A stretch of 64,000 nucleotides of DNA from Truepera sp. (GCA_965218435.1 CBDCKW010000009.1:544001-608000), one strand, 5' to 3'; positions 20,125 through 30,415 are shown, numbered from the stretch's first letter. The notes: generated from the sequence alone by a model not told the origin. A program made the numbers and translations.

Positions 20125-20652
20125 GTGGCCTATTCGGTATCGTTATGGTTTGACGAAGGTGCAGAAAGGCAGATTCAGTTTGTTTGGCAGAGCTTGGCTG
20201 ATACAGGCGTAGACAAGACGTTTGCAAATGGCCCGATTCGGCCCCATGTCACGCTGGCGCACGGGTTGGAGCTGGACTTTAATCTTTTTGTCGCAACTTT
20301 GCGGGAGAGGCTCGAGACTCAACCCACCTTTGACCTGACCTTTACCAGCCTCGGACTGTTCGACTCAGGGATTCTCTATCTGGCGGCGCGGATGACCCAG
20401 ACGCTCTGGACGCTGCACCGTGATGTGGCGGCGCTAGCAGAGGCGCAAGGAGGGGGCTCGAGCCTCTACTACCGCCCCGACTTTTGGACGCCGCACTGCA
20501 CGCTCGCCGTAAACTTGACGCCGGAAGCGACCTTAGAAGCTGTGCGTATCTGCCAAAAGGTGACACCCGTTTCTGCCTCAGTCACACGCGTCGGCATCAT
20601 TGAAAACTCGAGTGAATGGGAGCTTTTAGCCCTGCCCCTGGCTGTAGTCTAA
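20125..20652 (+). CDS. 2H phosphoesterase (2'-5' RNA ligase superfamily)
   Basis: Two HxT motifs: PHVTL and PHCTL. Confidence 0.82.
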   Translation: MAYSVSLWFDEGAERQIQFVWQSLADTGVDKTFANGPIRPHVTLAHGLELDFNLFVATLRERLETQPTFDLTFTSLGLFDSGILYLAARMTQTLWTLHRDVAALAEAQGGGSSLYYRPDFWTPHCTLAVNLTPEATLEAVRICQKVTPVSASVTRVGIIENSSEWELLALPLAVV

Positions 20653-21468
20653 AAGCCCTTCGCGCATCTTGTTGGACACATCGGGGTCATCGTTATACTT
20701 TTGTGCAACTTCTTTGATGTCGTAAAAATCCCGAATCTTTTCAAACGGCAGCGTCGTATCGATCCAGCCCCGGCGGTAGAGAAGCCGGTCGGAAAGGCCG
20801 GGTAAAACCTGCTCGGGCCGCCACCAACCAAACGAACCGGGCCGCGCGTGGTCGGCGTGGAGGCCCAGCAGATTGGTACAGTTGCGGCTGATGGAGTTGT
20901 AAAAGCGGGGCTGCTCGCGCAAGATATTTGCCTCGTGGAATACATTGCGGAGCATCTTCCGGGCTTCGTGGGGGGGCATCGTCAGCGGGTAGAGGTAGAC
21001 GTTGTGGTCTTGATACACCGCCCGCCGCAAGATGAAGTCGCGTTCGTCGCCGAGCGTATAGATGAGTTCAAAGTTGTTAAACATACCGCGCAAGATGTCG
21101 TAGGATTCACCCTCCAAGACCCGCGCTTCGGCTGAAAAAGCCAGATAGTCGCCACTCCCAAACTCGAAACTGACGAAGGTATGGGCGATGGCTTCAATCC
21201 GGCTAAACGATTCGACGACGAACCAGACGCGCTTTAGCTTGCTCAGGTCGTACTCGCGGTCGTCCCACCGCCCTACAAACGGGGTTCCCGGCGCACCGTA
21301 ACGGATATTGCGTACGTCGTGGACGAGCACCTTGTCACCGTCAAAGTCTATTCGGGGCGGACGAACGAGGTCAGTACGCCACGCCCGGTCGTTGGTCGGA
21401 CGGTTTAAGTTGACTAAAAAAGCGAGAAGTACACCCAAAATAATCAGGTAAAAAATGGCGAGGAACAT
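20626..21468 (-). CDS. DUF4105 (Lnb N-terminal-like) membrane-anchored protein
   Basis: N-terminal TM, AHTFVSFEF, SAEAR, FYNSISRNCT. Confidence 0.8.
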   Translation of the reverse strand: MFLAIFYLIILGVLLAFLVNLNRPTNDRAWRTDLVRPPRIDFDGDKVLVHDVRNIRYGAPGTPFVGRWDDREYDLSKLKRVWFVVESFSRIEAIAHTFVSFEFGSGDYLAFSAEARVLEGESYDILRGMFNNFELIYTLGDERDFILRRAVYQDHNVYLYPLTMPPHEARKMLRNVFHEANILREQPRFYNSISRNCTNLLGLHADHARPGSFGWWRPEQVLPGLSDRLLYRRGWIDTTLPFEKIRDFYDIKEVAQKYNDDPDVSNKMREGLLDYSQGQG

Positions 21469-21632
21469 AAACGCAGTGTACCGGCTAGAAGGTAGGGGAG
21501 AACACGCGTGGGGTAGCTGCTTCGCCCTTACACTGCCCTGAGCATAAGGTGCAAAGCTGCAGGCTGGAAACGCTCGAGCGGGTTGTCAAGGTGGCGGGGG
21601 CGTCTAGAGCGCAACTAGAGATGAGGAGAGAC

Positions 21633-22814
21633 GTGAATATCGCAGTTTTGCTTCATAGCGGTGCGGGCGGCAGCGGGGTCGTCGCGACCGAAGTCGGGGT
21701 CGGGTTGGCGCGGCAGGGCCACACGGTTCACTTTGTGGCGAGCAGCGTCCCCTTTCGCCTGAGCGAGCACGGCCACCCGAACATCTATTTTCATCAAGTT
21801 GAGAGCATGTCGTATCCGCTCTTTGACGCGCCCCTGACGACCCTCGCCGAAGCGTCTAAACTCGCTGAGGTCATCGAAGAAAACGGGATTGACATTATCC
21901 ACGCACACTACGCCATCCCGCACGCGGCAGCAGCCATTCTCGCGCGTGATATGGCGAAGGTGCCGGTGCCCCCGGCGGTCGTTACCACTTTGCACGGCAC
22001 CGACGTGACGCTCGTCGGGCTCGACCGTGCGTATTTGCGTACGACCCAGTACTCCATTGAGCATTCCGACGCGGTAACAGCGGTCAGTCATTACCTCGCG
22101 GGCTACACCTACGCTGAAATGGGCGTGAAGCGTGATATCGCAGTCGTTCCCAACGCAGTAGACAGCGAGCGGTTTACCCCGAACGGGTCGCCGGAGTTGC
22201 GTCTGCGGTACGCGCACCCGGAAGAGAAGCTCTTAACGCACGTGTCGAACTTTCGCTCGGTGAAACGCGTTGAAGATGTAGTGCAGGTGTTTGCGGAGGT
22301 CTCGAGCGAAACCGGTGCACGCCTTTTAATGATCGGCGACGGTCCCGACCGACCCAAGGCGTTCGAGCTGGCCTCGAAACTCGGGGTTGGTGGGCGCGTG
22401 GCGTTTTTGGGGTCGTTTCCGCGGATTGAGAGCATCTTAGCCATCAGCGACCTGTTTTTGTTGCCGAGCAGCGAAGAGTCGTTTGGGCTGGCAGCTTTAG
22501 AGGCGATGGCGTCCGGCGTGCCGGTCGTGGCCACCCGGATTGGTGGGATACCAGAAGTTGTCGTGGACGGCAAAACCGGCTATTTGTGCGCTCTGGGCGA
22601 TACGGCGGGGATGGCGAACGCGGCGCTGACGCTTCTGAAAAACCCTAGCTTACACGAGACGTTTTCGCACGCGGCTCGGGCTCGAGCCGTCGGTGTCTTT
22701 AGCGAAGCACACGTGTTGCCGCTCTACCTCGAGACTTACGAACGCGCGATCTCGTCACGGCTCCGCAAATCCTCACCTGAAATTTCACCTGAGACTTCAC
22801 TGAGCGGCAGATAG
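21633..22814 (+). CDS. bshA: N-acetyl-alpha-D-glucosaminyl L-malate synthase (bacillithiol biosynthesis)
   Basis: GGSGVVATE, HAHYAIPHA, TTLHGTDVTLVG, HVSNFRSVKR, ESFGLAALEAM; RBS GAGGAG before GTG 21633. Confidence 0.93.
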   Translation: MNIAVLLHSGAGGSGVVATEVGVGLARQGHTVHFVASSVPFRLSEHGHPNIYFHQVESMSYPLFDAPLTTLAEASKLAEVIEENGIDIIHAHYAIPHAAAAILARDMAKVPVPPAVVTTLHGTDVTLVGLDRAYLRTTQYSIEHSDAVTAVSHYLAGYTYAEMGVKRDIAVVPNAVDSERFTPNGSPELRLRYAHPEEKLLTHVSNFRSVKRVEDVVQVFAEVSSETGARLLMIGDGPDRPKAFELASKLGVGGRVAFLGSFPRIESILAISDLFLLPSSEESFGLAALEAMASGVPVVATRIGGIPEVVVDGKTGYLCALGDTAGMANAALTLLKNPSLHETFSHAARARAVGVFSEAHVLPLYLETYERAISSRLRKSSPEISPETSLSGR

Positions 22815-23785
22815 GGCGTCGCGTCAAGCCCCATACCCCCTTTAGCCCCTAAACCGGCCTCCAACCGGGCGTGCGCAGCCAGCGCAATCATTGCGCCGTT
22901 GTCGGTTGCGAGTGCTAAGGGCGGGACCCGCACGTCAAGCCCGGTCTTTGCAAAACGTTCGCGTAACCTCTTATTGGCCGCCACCCCACCCGCGACGACG
23001 AGCGTCTTGTAGCCCGTAGCAGCGGTGGCCCGGAGCGTCGTCTGTACGAGGCTCTCAACGACGATCTGTTCAAAACTTGCTGCCACATCTTCTTTAGGGG
23101 CGTCCGGTTGACGTTGTAACAGCACCGACACGGCGGTTTTAAGACCGCTGAATGAAAAATCAAACCCTTTTTGACCTTTGAGCGGCAGCGTAAAAGGAAA
23201 CGTGTCCGGGTCGCCGGTTTCGGCCAGACGGCCCAGCGCCGCTCCACCCGGATACCCGAGACCCAAAAGCCGCGCGGCTTTGTCAAACGCTTCCCCGGCG
23301 GCGTCGTCGCGGCTGCGGCCCAACTCTCGGTAGTCGCCCCACGCCCGCACGTCAAAAAGGCTCGTGTGCCCACCCGACGCGATGAGGCATAAAAACGGTG
23401 GTTTGGTGTCTCCTTCAGCAAGGCTCGAGGCAATGTGGCCCTCGAGGTGGTGCACCGGCACGAACGGCAAGCCCCGAGCCCAAGCCAGCCCCTTAGCGTA
23501 GGCCAGACCGACCAGCAGTGCCCCGACCAGACCGGGACCGTAGGTCGCCGCGATGTGCGTCACGTCATCCAGCGTCACCTCAGCCTCAGCCAGCGCCTGT
23601 TGAAACACAGTATCTATCACCGCCAAGTGCTCACGGCTTGCCTGCTCAGGCATCACGCCGCCGAACGCTGCGTGCAGCGCGGTTTGCGACGCGACCACGT
23701 TAGCGATAACGCGGCCACCCCGGACGACGCCGACGCCGGTATCGTCACACGAGGTGTCTATCCCTAAAATGATGCGTTCGTTCAC
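22736..23785 (-). CDS. tsaD: tRNA N6-threonylcarbamoyladenosine synthesis protein TsaD
   Basis: LGIDTSCDDT, GGVMPEQASREH, HHLEGH, SGGHT, DDAAGEAFDK, TDNGAMI. Confidence 0.96.
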   Translation of the reverse strand: MNERIILGIDTSCDDTGVGVVRGGRVIANVVASQTALHAAFGGVMPEQASREHLAVIDTVFQQALAEAEVTLDDVTHIAATYGPGLVGALLVGLAYAKGLAWARGLPFVPVHHLEGHIASSLAEGDTKPPFLCLIASGGHTSLFDVRAWGDYRELGRSRDDAAGEAFDKAARLLGLGYPGGAALGRLAETGDPDTFPFTLPLKGQKGFDFSFSGLKTAVSVLLQRQPDAPKEDVAASFEQIVVESLVQTTLRATAATGYKTLVVAGGVAANKRLRERFAKTGLDVRVPPLALATDNGAMIALAAHARLEAGLGAKGGMGLDATPYLPLSEVSGEISGEDLRSRDEIARS

Positions 23786-23838
23786 GTGGCCAGCCTAGCA
23801 TTGACGCCCCTGCAAACCCGTATTGCTAGACTTGTAGG

Positions 23839-24957
23839 GTGAGTTTTGCTAAAACCTTAAAACGCTACCATGCGTTGGAGTCTAGGTATCTAGGGTGGGC
23901 GCGTTACGCCGTCAAGCCCGGTCTGCGCGGATATCCACTCCATCCCGGCGTTGCCTTGCTGCTCGCCAAGGCCGACCTAGAGACGGGCATACTGATTGAC
24001 GCCACCGGCTCAGGTGGACTCCTCGCGCTGGCCGCAACCGCTGAGCGGAAGGTGGTGCTCGAGACTTCTAAAGCCGCCCTTCTCTGTGCCGCCTGGACCT
24101 TTACTGACTCGGGCGTGGATTCTGACACGCAGATTGTCGCCGGTGCGCCGTGGGACGCGCCCGCTGGCACGGCTGACCTTATCGCGCTCGCGCCGCCGAC
24201 CGACCGGGGGAGTAGGCGCGTCCTAGCTGAACTGGCCGGTGCGCACGCGGCGCTTAAACCGGGAGGTTCGGCCCTGATTGTCATGCACAAAGACCAGGGC
24301 GCAAAACGCTACGAAAAGGAAGCTGCAAAGCTGTTCGGTGCGCTGAGCGTGCTCGCTAAAGACGGCGGCTGGCGGCTCGTCCGGGCCAAAAAAGTTAGAG
24401 CTGAAGGGCTCGAGGTTTTCCCTTTACAGTTTTCTGTCGCCGAGCTGAACTTACAAGCCGACCCCGGTGTGTTCGCCGCCGGAAAGCTCGACCCTGGTAC
24501 GGCGCGGTTTCTGGGCGCGGTGCGGCTCTCGGAGTTCGCCGGTCAGCGGGTGCTCGAGCTCGGCTCCGGTTACGGCGTCATCGCCCTCAAAGCGTCGCTG
24601 GCCGGGGCCGCTGTCACGGCTACCGACGACGATTTGTTAGCTGTGCGCAGCACCCACCGCAACGCGGCGCACTACGGCGCGGACGTGCGCACCCTGCACT
24701 CGGACGTAGATTCCGAGTTGCAAAACGAAACTTTTGACGCCGTGCTGATGAACCCACCCTTTCACGTCGGTAAACAGGTCGTGCTGGACGTGCCGAACGC
24801 GTTTTTAGCGGCGGCGTATGAGCGGCTAAAGCCCGGTGGCACGCTGACGCTGGTGGCGAATAAGGCGCTGCCATACGAGCGGGAGCTGACAGGGTTCTCG
24901 AGCTGGCAGACACTTTTTTCAGACAATCAGTTTAAGATTTTACACGCAGTACGCTGA
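23839..24957 (+). CDS. RsmC-like 16S rRNA methyltransferase (duplicated MTS domain)
   Basis: PGVFAAGKLDPGT, ELGSGYG, MNPPFHVG. Confidence 0.8.
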   Translation: MSFAKTLKRYHALESRYLGWARYAVKPGLRGYPLHPGVALLLAKADLETGILIDATGSGGLLALAATAERKVVLETSKAALLCAAWTFTDSGVDSDTQIVAGAPWDAPAGTADLIALAPPTDRGSRRVLAELAGAHAALKPGGSALIVMHKDQGAKRYEKEAAKLFGALSVLAKDGGWRLVRAKKVRAEGLEVFPLQFSVAELNLQADPGVFAAGKLDPGTARFLGAVRLSEFAGQRVLELGSGYGVIALKASLAGAAVTATDDDLLAVRSTHRNAAHYGADVRTLHSDVDSELQNETFDAVLMNPPFHVGKQVVLDVPNAFLAAAYERLKPGGTLTLVANKALPYERELTGFSSWQTLFSDNQFKILHAVR

Positions 24958-24967
24958 GGAGGCACAG

Positions 24968-25639
24968 ATGATCGCAAAACATCGCTCAAAAGCCTGGTAC
25001 GCAAATCTGGCCGCTGAAACTGGCGTCTACGAGTACCCGTGGACGCAGGTGCTGAGTGCGCCTAGTGGTGAAGAGCTTTTTGACGCACTGTTGGAAAACC
25101 TGCTGACGCCTGAGCTGAGGGTGCTCGAGGCCGGATGCGGTCATGGCCGAGACGCCAAACGGTACGCGCCCAGGGTTCAAAGTTATACCGGTTATGATTT
25201 CACTCCCGCTTATATTGAACGTGCTGGGAAAGATGTGCCCCAAGCCGAGTTTGTGGTGTGGGACTCGAGCCGTGAACCTCTGCCGGAGCATTTCAAAAAG
25301 CGTTTTAACTTGGTGGTTTCGCGGCGCGGCCCTACGAGTGTGATTCCGCACTTGCCGGAATTATGTGTTCCTGACGCCCAGGTTCTCTGTATCCATCCCG
25401 AAAGCGGCGCAGCACGTGTTACGGAGCGGCTGGCACAAGCAGGTTTAGAACCGGAGGCCGAGTGGCACGTCCGCGTCAGAGGATTTTTGCCGACGCAACA
25501 AGATTTCGTTGCTTATCGGCAGTTTCATGGTGATGAGCGCACTTTAGAAGAGCTTGATGCAGAGTGGGACGAGGGTAAGGAGGCTGAGGGATTTCCTCTG
25601 GAGGAGCAGCGGTATCTTTATCTGCTGCGTATGCCGTAA
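24968..25639 (+). CDS. class I SAM-dependent methyltransferase
   Basis: VLEAGCGHG, SRRGPTS; RBS GAGGAGG. Confidence 0.82.
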   Translation: MIAKHRSKAWYANLAAETGVYEYPWTQVLSAPSGEELFDALLENLLTPELRVLEAGCGHGRDAKRYAPRVQSYTGYDFTPAYIERAGKDVPQAEFVVWDSSREPLPEHFKKRFNLVVSRRGPTSVIPHLPELCVPDAQVLCIHPESGAARVTERLAQAGLEPEAEWHVRVRGFLPTQQDFVAYRQFHGDERTLEELDAEWDEGKEAEGFPLEEQRYLYLLRMP

Positions 25640-25789
25640 TTGGCACACAGTGTTTGCTTTTAGCTGCAGTGCAGAGGTTAACAAGGTCGGTGGTTCGGGC
25701 TAAAGCTATTCGGCATCTATTAGATGTTCAGCCGTCTTTAACTAACGGCAATATAACGCACTGGTGCCAGGGCTATTCAAGCGTCTAAA

Positions 25790-26179
25790 CTACCAGCACG
25801 AGATAGGAAAAACCTTAAAAGCTGGGTCTTGACTGAGCAGGGTTACACCCTCTGGCAGCGCAGGCGCTGCCAGCATCCGGTCGAAAGAGTCTTTGTGCGG
25901 GGCCTCGAGCCTCCCTGCTAGGCGCACGTGCGAACCTCGTATCGGCAGCTCTTGTGCGCCGAGTTGGAGCAAAAACCCTTCGTAAAGCTCATCATCCAAA
26001 AAGGGTGCAACTTCGGGCCATTTGCCCAGATAGTGCTTGATGCTCATCTCCCAAATACAGACTGCGCTAATTAGCAAAGTGTTTGCCGAGTTGCTCAAAC
26101 GTAAACGTGCTGTAGCGCCAAGCCTAGTAGGGTCACCGACTGCTCAGGCGAACGTATGGGTATCAAGCAGGTAGCGCAC
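25790..26179 (-). pseudogene. vapC: VapC (PIN-domain) toxin with premature stop
   Basis: GTG 26179: MRYLLDTHTFA*(TGA 26144-26146, Trp position)...SAVCIWEMSIK...HKDSFDRML; in frame with ORF 25790-26098. Confidence 0.85.
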
Positions 26180-26198
26180 CTAAGTATTTGTTCAGTGT

Positions 26199-26426
26199 TT
26201 ATTTGCCGTAAAACGTCGCTATAACTTCGTCGTCGGTGGGCTCGAGCAAGTTACTCTCAAAATGGATGGGATAAAAACCTAAGCTGCGCTTTTGCGGTAA
26301 GCCCAAACCGGTAAGTTTCGCTATAGGTTTGCCGTAACGAGAGATGATGATCTCTTCGCCGCTGCTGACCTGCTCGATAAGTTCAGAGAGCTGCGCTTTC
26401 ACCTCGTGCAAGTTGAGCGTCTTCAC
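26199..26426 (-). CDS. Phd/YefM-family antitoxin
   Basis: NLHEVKAQLSELIEQVSSGEEIIISRYGKPIAKL. Confidence 0.88.
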   Translation of the reverse strand: MKTLNLHEVKAQLSELIEQVSSGEEIIISRYGKPIAKLTGLGLPQKRSLGFYPIHFESNLLEPTDDEVIATFYGK

Positions 26427-26576
26427 ATAGCCTAAACAACCTGGTCTAAAAACGCAATCTCTACAAGCGTTGATACCCTTTGCCGGGACGTAGCTCGGGC
26501 ACCCCCGCTCCTGCTAACCCCATAAAACCTCGAGCAGTTTGCCGAAGCTGACGTCGGCGTTGCCCCGGCTACCTTT

Positions 26577-28052
26577 CTAAGCGTGTCCCAACGCTGCTTT
26601 AACCTCAGCCACTTCATCCCACGGGAGCGTTTCGTGACGGCGCTCGAGCGTCGTTTCGTGCCCTTTGCCCGTAAGTAGCACCAGGTCACCCGGTTCGGCG
26701 AGGGCCAGTGCCTGCCGGATCGCTTCACGCCGGTCGGGAACGACGAAGAATGTCTTGCCTTCGCCGCCGCCGCCGCCCTTTGCACCTTCGGCGAGCTGCG
26801 CCAAGATGCTCTGCGCGTCTTCCGAACGCGAGTCCTCTTCGGTAAAAACGGCGAGGTCGGCGTTGCGGGCGGCACTCTCACCTAAAGGTATGCGTTTGCC
26901 GGGGTCACGCTCGCCGGCTGCACCGACGACGACGATCAGCCGCCCCGACACCTGGGGCCGCACGGCCTGCAGCGCCTTAGTCAGGGCCGGGGGCGTATGG
27001 GCAAAATCCACCACGACTGTAAACGGCCCCTGCTGCACGACCTGCATCCGCCCGGGAACGCCGGGGAAGGTGGCCAACCGCCGAAGCAGCACGCCGGTAG
27101 ACATGCCTGTTTCAGCCGCGGCTGCAAGTGCAGCCAGCGCGTTTAGGACGTTGTAACGCCCGACCATCGGTAACGACGCCTCAAAGCGGGCACCGCGGAG
27201 CTCGAGTAGCCACGCCAGTCTGCCGGGAAGCTCCCGCACCTCAGCTGCGCGCCACACCGCCCCGTCAGCCGTGCCGTAACTGATACTCCGCGCCGCCCGC
27301 TGCGCAAAAAAACGGTACTCCGGGTCATCAAAGTTAAGGACGCTGACGCGGGCACGGTCAATGAGCTGCAACTTAGCCTCACGGTAGGCGGCCATCGTCC
27401 CGTGAAAGTCCAGGTGTTCGGGCGTGAGGTTCGTCCACACCCCGACGTCGTAGTCCACCTCATCGAGGCGGCGCTGCGCAAACCCGTGTGAACTCGATTC
27501 GATCACGGCGTAGCGGCAGCCGGCCTCGACAAACTGTGCGAGTAATCCTTGAACGACGGGCGCTTCGGGCGTCGTAAAGTGGCCGGGAAACGTCAGCGTC
27601 TCGCCCCGGACCTTGACCCCGGCGGTTGACAAGAGCCCGGTCGGAAGCTCGGCTGAGAGCAGATGATAGAGAAGATGGGCCGTCGTGGTTTTGCCGTCGG
27701 TACCGGTTACGCCCAGCGTATAGAGTTTTTGTGAAGGGTGGTCGTACAGCGTGGCCGAGAGCTTCGCTAAGGCCACCTTATCGTCGGGCACATAGATGTA
27801 CGGGACCGCGTAAATCCAGGGAAACGTCTCTTGTTCTTGAGGCAGCGCGGTTCCGACCACGGCGACCGCGCCTTGTGAAATCGCCCGTTCCGCGAAGCGG
27901 TGACCGTCGAGTGCGCCGCCCCGCCTCGCTACAAAAACCGAGGGGATACCCGTTTCTAAGTCGCGGGTGTCTTGCGACACGCGCAGCACATCGGTGTCGG
28001 GCAGTGTTAGGCGTAACCCGAGCGCGTTACGAACCAGCTTTGAGAGCTTCAT
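26577..28052 (-). CDS. murE: UDP-MurNAc-dipeptide amino-acid ligase MurE
   Basis: GVTGTDGKTT, TTPEA, ESSSHG, NLTPEHLDFH, VDFAHTP, GAAGERD, GKGHE. Confidence 0.93.
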   Translation of the reverse strand: MKLSKLVRNALGLRLTLPDTDVLRVSQDTRDLETGIPSVFVARRGGALDGHRFAERAISQGAVAVVGTALPQEQETFPWIYAVPYIYVPDDKVALAKLSATLYDHPSQKLYTLGVTGTDGKTTTAHLLYHLLSAELPTGLLSTAGVKVRGETLTFPGHFTTPEAPVVQGLLAQFVEAGCRYAVIESSSHGFAQRRLDEVDYDVGVWTNLTPEHLDFHGTMAAYREAKLQLIDRARVSVLNFDDPEYRFFAQRAARSISYGTADGAVWRAAEVRELPGRLAWLLELRGARFEASLPMVGRYNVLNALAALAAAAETGMSTGVLLRRLATFPGVPGRMQVVQQGPFTVVVDFAHTPPALTKALQAVRPQVSGRLIVVVGAAGERDPGKRIPLGESAARNADLAVFTEEDSRSEDAQSILAQLAEGAKGGGGGEGKTFFVVPDRREAIRQALALAEPGDLVLLTGKGHETTLERRHETLPWDEVAEVKAALGHA

Positions 28053-28230
28053 GCTGCCGACCTTTGACACCCCATCTGCTGCACACCTTGGTAGCTCATA
28101 GCTGTTTCACGCATCTATCTCAGCTAGTATAGTCGCCCTGTCAAAAAATATCACGAGTCGTGCCGTGTGCGGTAGCTGTCAGCCGAGTCACGTCGCTTTG
28201 ACGATGAGACGCGTGTCTCGAGCTCCCGTG

Positions 28231-28857
28231 CTAGGGCGATAAGATCGGTTCGGCGAGGTAGGGGCGTAGTCGTGCGAGCAGCTCCTCGAGAGCGGCCTCG
28301 TCGTGAACGAAGTCGAGGGCGTCGGCGTCCAGCACGACTTTGGGCGAAAGGTCGTACGCCGTAAACCAGCGTTCGTAAAGCGCCTCTAGTTGGAGCAAGT
28401 ACGCGTCTGAGAGCGCCGCCTCGTAGCTGCGCCCGCGCAGCGCGATGTGGCGGCGCAAGGTCGGCAGTGACGCCCGCAGGTAGATGAGCAGGTCGGGGGG
28501 CCGGAGCACGTCCCGGACAGCCTCAACCAGCGCGCTGTAGACGCTGAAGTCGCGGGCGTCCAGCACGCCCGTCTCGAAAAGATTACGGGCAAAGACCTCG
28601 GCGTCTTCGTAGAGTGTCCGGTCTTGAATCACGCGGCGGCCCGGATTGACCTGCGAAACGTGCTGTGCCAAACGTTTGGTTAAAAAGAACAGCTGTGAGT
28701 GAAACGCGTAACGCGGCATATCGGCGTAAAAATCGGCTAGATAGGGGTTTTCATCTACGGCTTCAAACACGGGCTCGAGTGCAAAACTCGTGGCCAAAAC
28801 CTCGGTTAAACTCGACTTCCCCGCCCCGATATTGCCAGCTACGGCGACAAACATCAA
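28231..28857 (-). CDS. deoxynucleoside kinase
   Basis: GNIGAGKS, ENPYL.DFY, QDRTLYED, RGRSYE. Confidence 0.9.
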   Translation of the reverse strand: MMFVAVAGNIGAGKSSLTEVLATSFALEPVFEAVDENPYLADFYADMPRYAFHSQLFFLTKRLAQHVSQVNPGRRVIQDRTLYEDAEVFARNLFETGVLDARDFSVYSALVEAVRDVLRPPDLLIYLRASLPTLRRHIALRGRSYEAALSDAYLLQLEALYERWFTAYDLSPKVVLDADALDFVHDEAALEELLARLRPYLAEPILSP

Positions 28858-28867
28858 AGGGTCCGCA

Positions 28868-29470
28868 TCAGGCCACCTGAACGCGGCGAAGAACGTCAGC
28901 CAAAACCTTTTCGCGGTCGCTTGTAGACCCTACAAAATCGTACTCGGCGGCCTCGAGCACCAAAAGCGGCGCGTCGTAGGTTTCAAAAAAGCGGTCGTAG
29001 GCGCTGCTCAGGCGCTCTAGATAGTCCGCTTCAATCGCCCGTTCAAAGGGCCGTCCCCGCTGCGCGATACGCTGCAAAAGCAGTTCCGGCGACGCCCGCA
29101 GATAGACCGTCAGGTCGGGACGTGGGGCCTTCGGGCTCAGCTGCGCGTAAAGGGTCTCGTAAAGCCGCCACTCGTCGCCTTTGAGGTTAAGTGAAGCGAA
29201 GATAAAGTCTTTGTCGAAGAGATAGTCAGATACGGTTGCGTCGTAAAAAAGTGAGCCCTGCACTAGTTCTTGGAGCTGCTTGTAGCGCGAGAGCAAAAAA
29301 AACGTCTGGGCGCTTAAGGCGTAGCGGTTGGGGTCGCCGTAAAACCCGGCTAAAAAGGGATTTTCTGTGGCAACCTCGAGCACCAGCCGCGCCCCGAGTT
29401 CGGCGGCTAACAAGCGGCTCAAACTGGTTTTTCCGGCTCCTATCGGGCCTTCGGTAACGATAAGTGGCAT
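28868..29470 (-). CDS. deoxynucleoside kinase (tandem paralog)
   Basis: EGPIGAGKT, ENPFL..FY, DYLFDKDFIFA, RGRPFE; RBS GGAGGA before ATG 29470. Confidence 0.9.
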   Translation of the reverse strand: MPLIVTEGPIGAGKTSLSRLLAAELGARLVLEVATENPFLAGFYGDPNRYALSAQTFFLLSRYKQLQELVQGSLFYDATVSDYLFDKDFIFASLNLKGDEWRLYETLYAQLSPKAPRPDLTVYLRASPELLLQRIAQRGRPFERAIEADYLERLSSAYDRFFETYDAPLLVLEAAEYDFVGSTSDREKVLADVLRRVQVA

Positions 29471-29709
29471 GACGTACTCCTCCGTAAAATAGGGTTGGTT
29501 CTTTAGGAGATAACGGGTCAAACGCGACAAGCGTCCCAAGTATACCCGGCTCGGCGTGTACTCCTGCGCGGTTCGTTTTTACAGCTGGATTTTGGGAAAG
29601 CTGAAGGTGAAAGTCTTCACTTCGGCGCAGCGCTTAAGCCGGAGTTAAGTTTTACGCGCTTTACTAACCGAACTTTCCCTCTAATAGAGGTCTAAAAAGG
29701 CGGTGGCAG

Positions 29710-30165
29710 GTGGACAGCGTACAGTACCGGGCGGTTAGCGCCGCACCCTCTGCGCGTCAGTGCGCTCGGCTCGCCGCCGCGCTCGGTGTCGAGCGGCGCA
29801 CGCTGGCGCAAGTCTTAGCCGGAGCGCAGCACAACCTGTACCACCTTCGCACTATGACGCTCGCCGACTTAGGGGCGCTCAACGTTACGCTCCGCGACGC
29901 TGAGCGCATCTTTTATCTAGTGCAGTGGGAACGGCTACAGGCCCACCTCGAGCAGTGCGAAACGCTTCCGCAAGAGGATTTGGGGCCACTTTTAGAAACG
30001 CTTACCCCGATTTTTGACCGGCACTTCAGCCGTAACATCCGCTTAAACGAAACGCTTTTGGCGCTCTACCGCACCGAATTCGGGACTCGTAAAGCTGTGC
30101 GCCCGAGCCCGCTGCCTTCCTCTCCGACGCGGCGGTTTTTACACTGGTTAAGTTTTTATCTGTAG
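29710..30165 (+). CDS. hypothetical helical protein
   Basis: 151-aa ORF filling the gap, plausible codon usage; no recognised family. Confidence 0.5.
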   Translation: MDSVQYRAVSAAPSARQCARLAAALGVERRTLAQVLAGAQHNLYHLRTMTLADLGALNVTLRDAERIFYLVQWERLQAHLEQCETLPQEDLGPLLETLTPIFDRHFSRNIRLNETLLALYRTEFGTRKAVRPSPLPSSPTRRFLHWLSFYL

Positions 30166-30241
30166 TAGGATAATCTGGTTTGAGACGGCCTTCTAAGGGT
30201 ACCGGGCAGCTCGACCTCAGTTGCTTGGCTTAAACCCACAG

Positions 30242-30270
30242 TTGACAAGCCTCTCCGACCCGGCTACTCT
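30242..30270 (+). promoter_or_regulatory. sigma70-type promoter for MFS leader
   Basis: TTGACA (30242-47), 17 nt, TACTCT (30265-70). Confidence 0.72.
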
Positions 30271-30279
30271 GAACGCATC

Positions 30280-30410
30280 ATGATAACCACCGCCTAACTT
30301 AAGCGACCTCGAGCCATTTACAACTTATTGACATCATTTACAGCTGTAGCGCGGCGATGTGCCCGCGTCTTGGCAAAGCTGGGGTGTAGACCTCATCTTA
30401 GTTGGGCGGT
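30280..30410 (+). promoter_or_regulatory. candidate translational attenuator with 5-codon leader ORF (MITTA)
   Basis: ATG ATA ACC ACC GCC TAA 30280-30297; ACCGCCTAACT (30289-99) can pair with AGTTGGGCGGT (30400-10) just before TTG 30416. Confidence 0.55.
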
Positions 30411-30415
30411 ACATT

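Noticed and set aside
26144..26146. In-frame TGA in vapC as selenocysteine or recoded Trp
   Set aside because: Conserved Trp position, other genes here use TGG for Trp and TGA as stop, and further substitutions (DSFD for DPFD) indicate decay.
28231..29470. Tandem deoxynucleoside kinases as a novel system
   Set aside because: Paired dNK paralogs are a familiar salvage arrangement (e.g. Bacillus dck/dgk).
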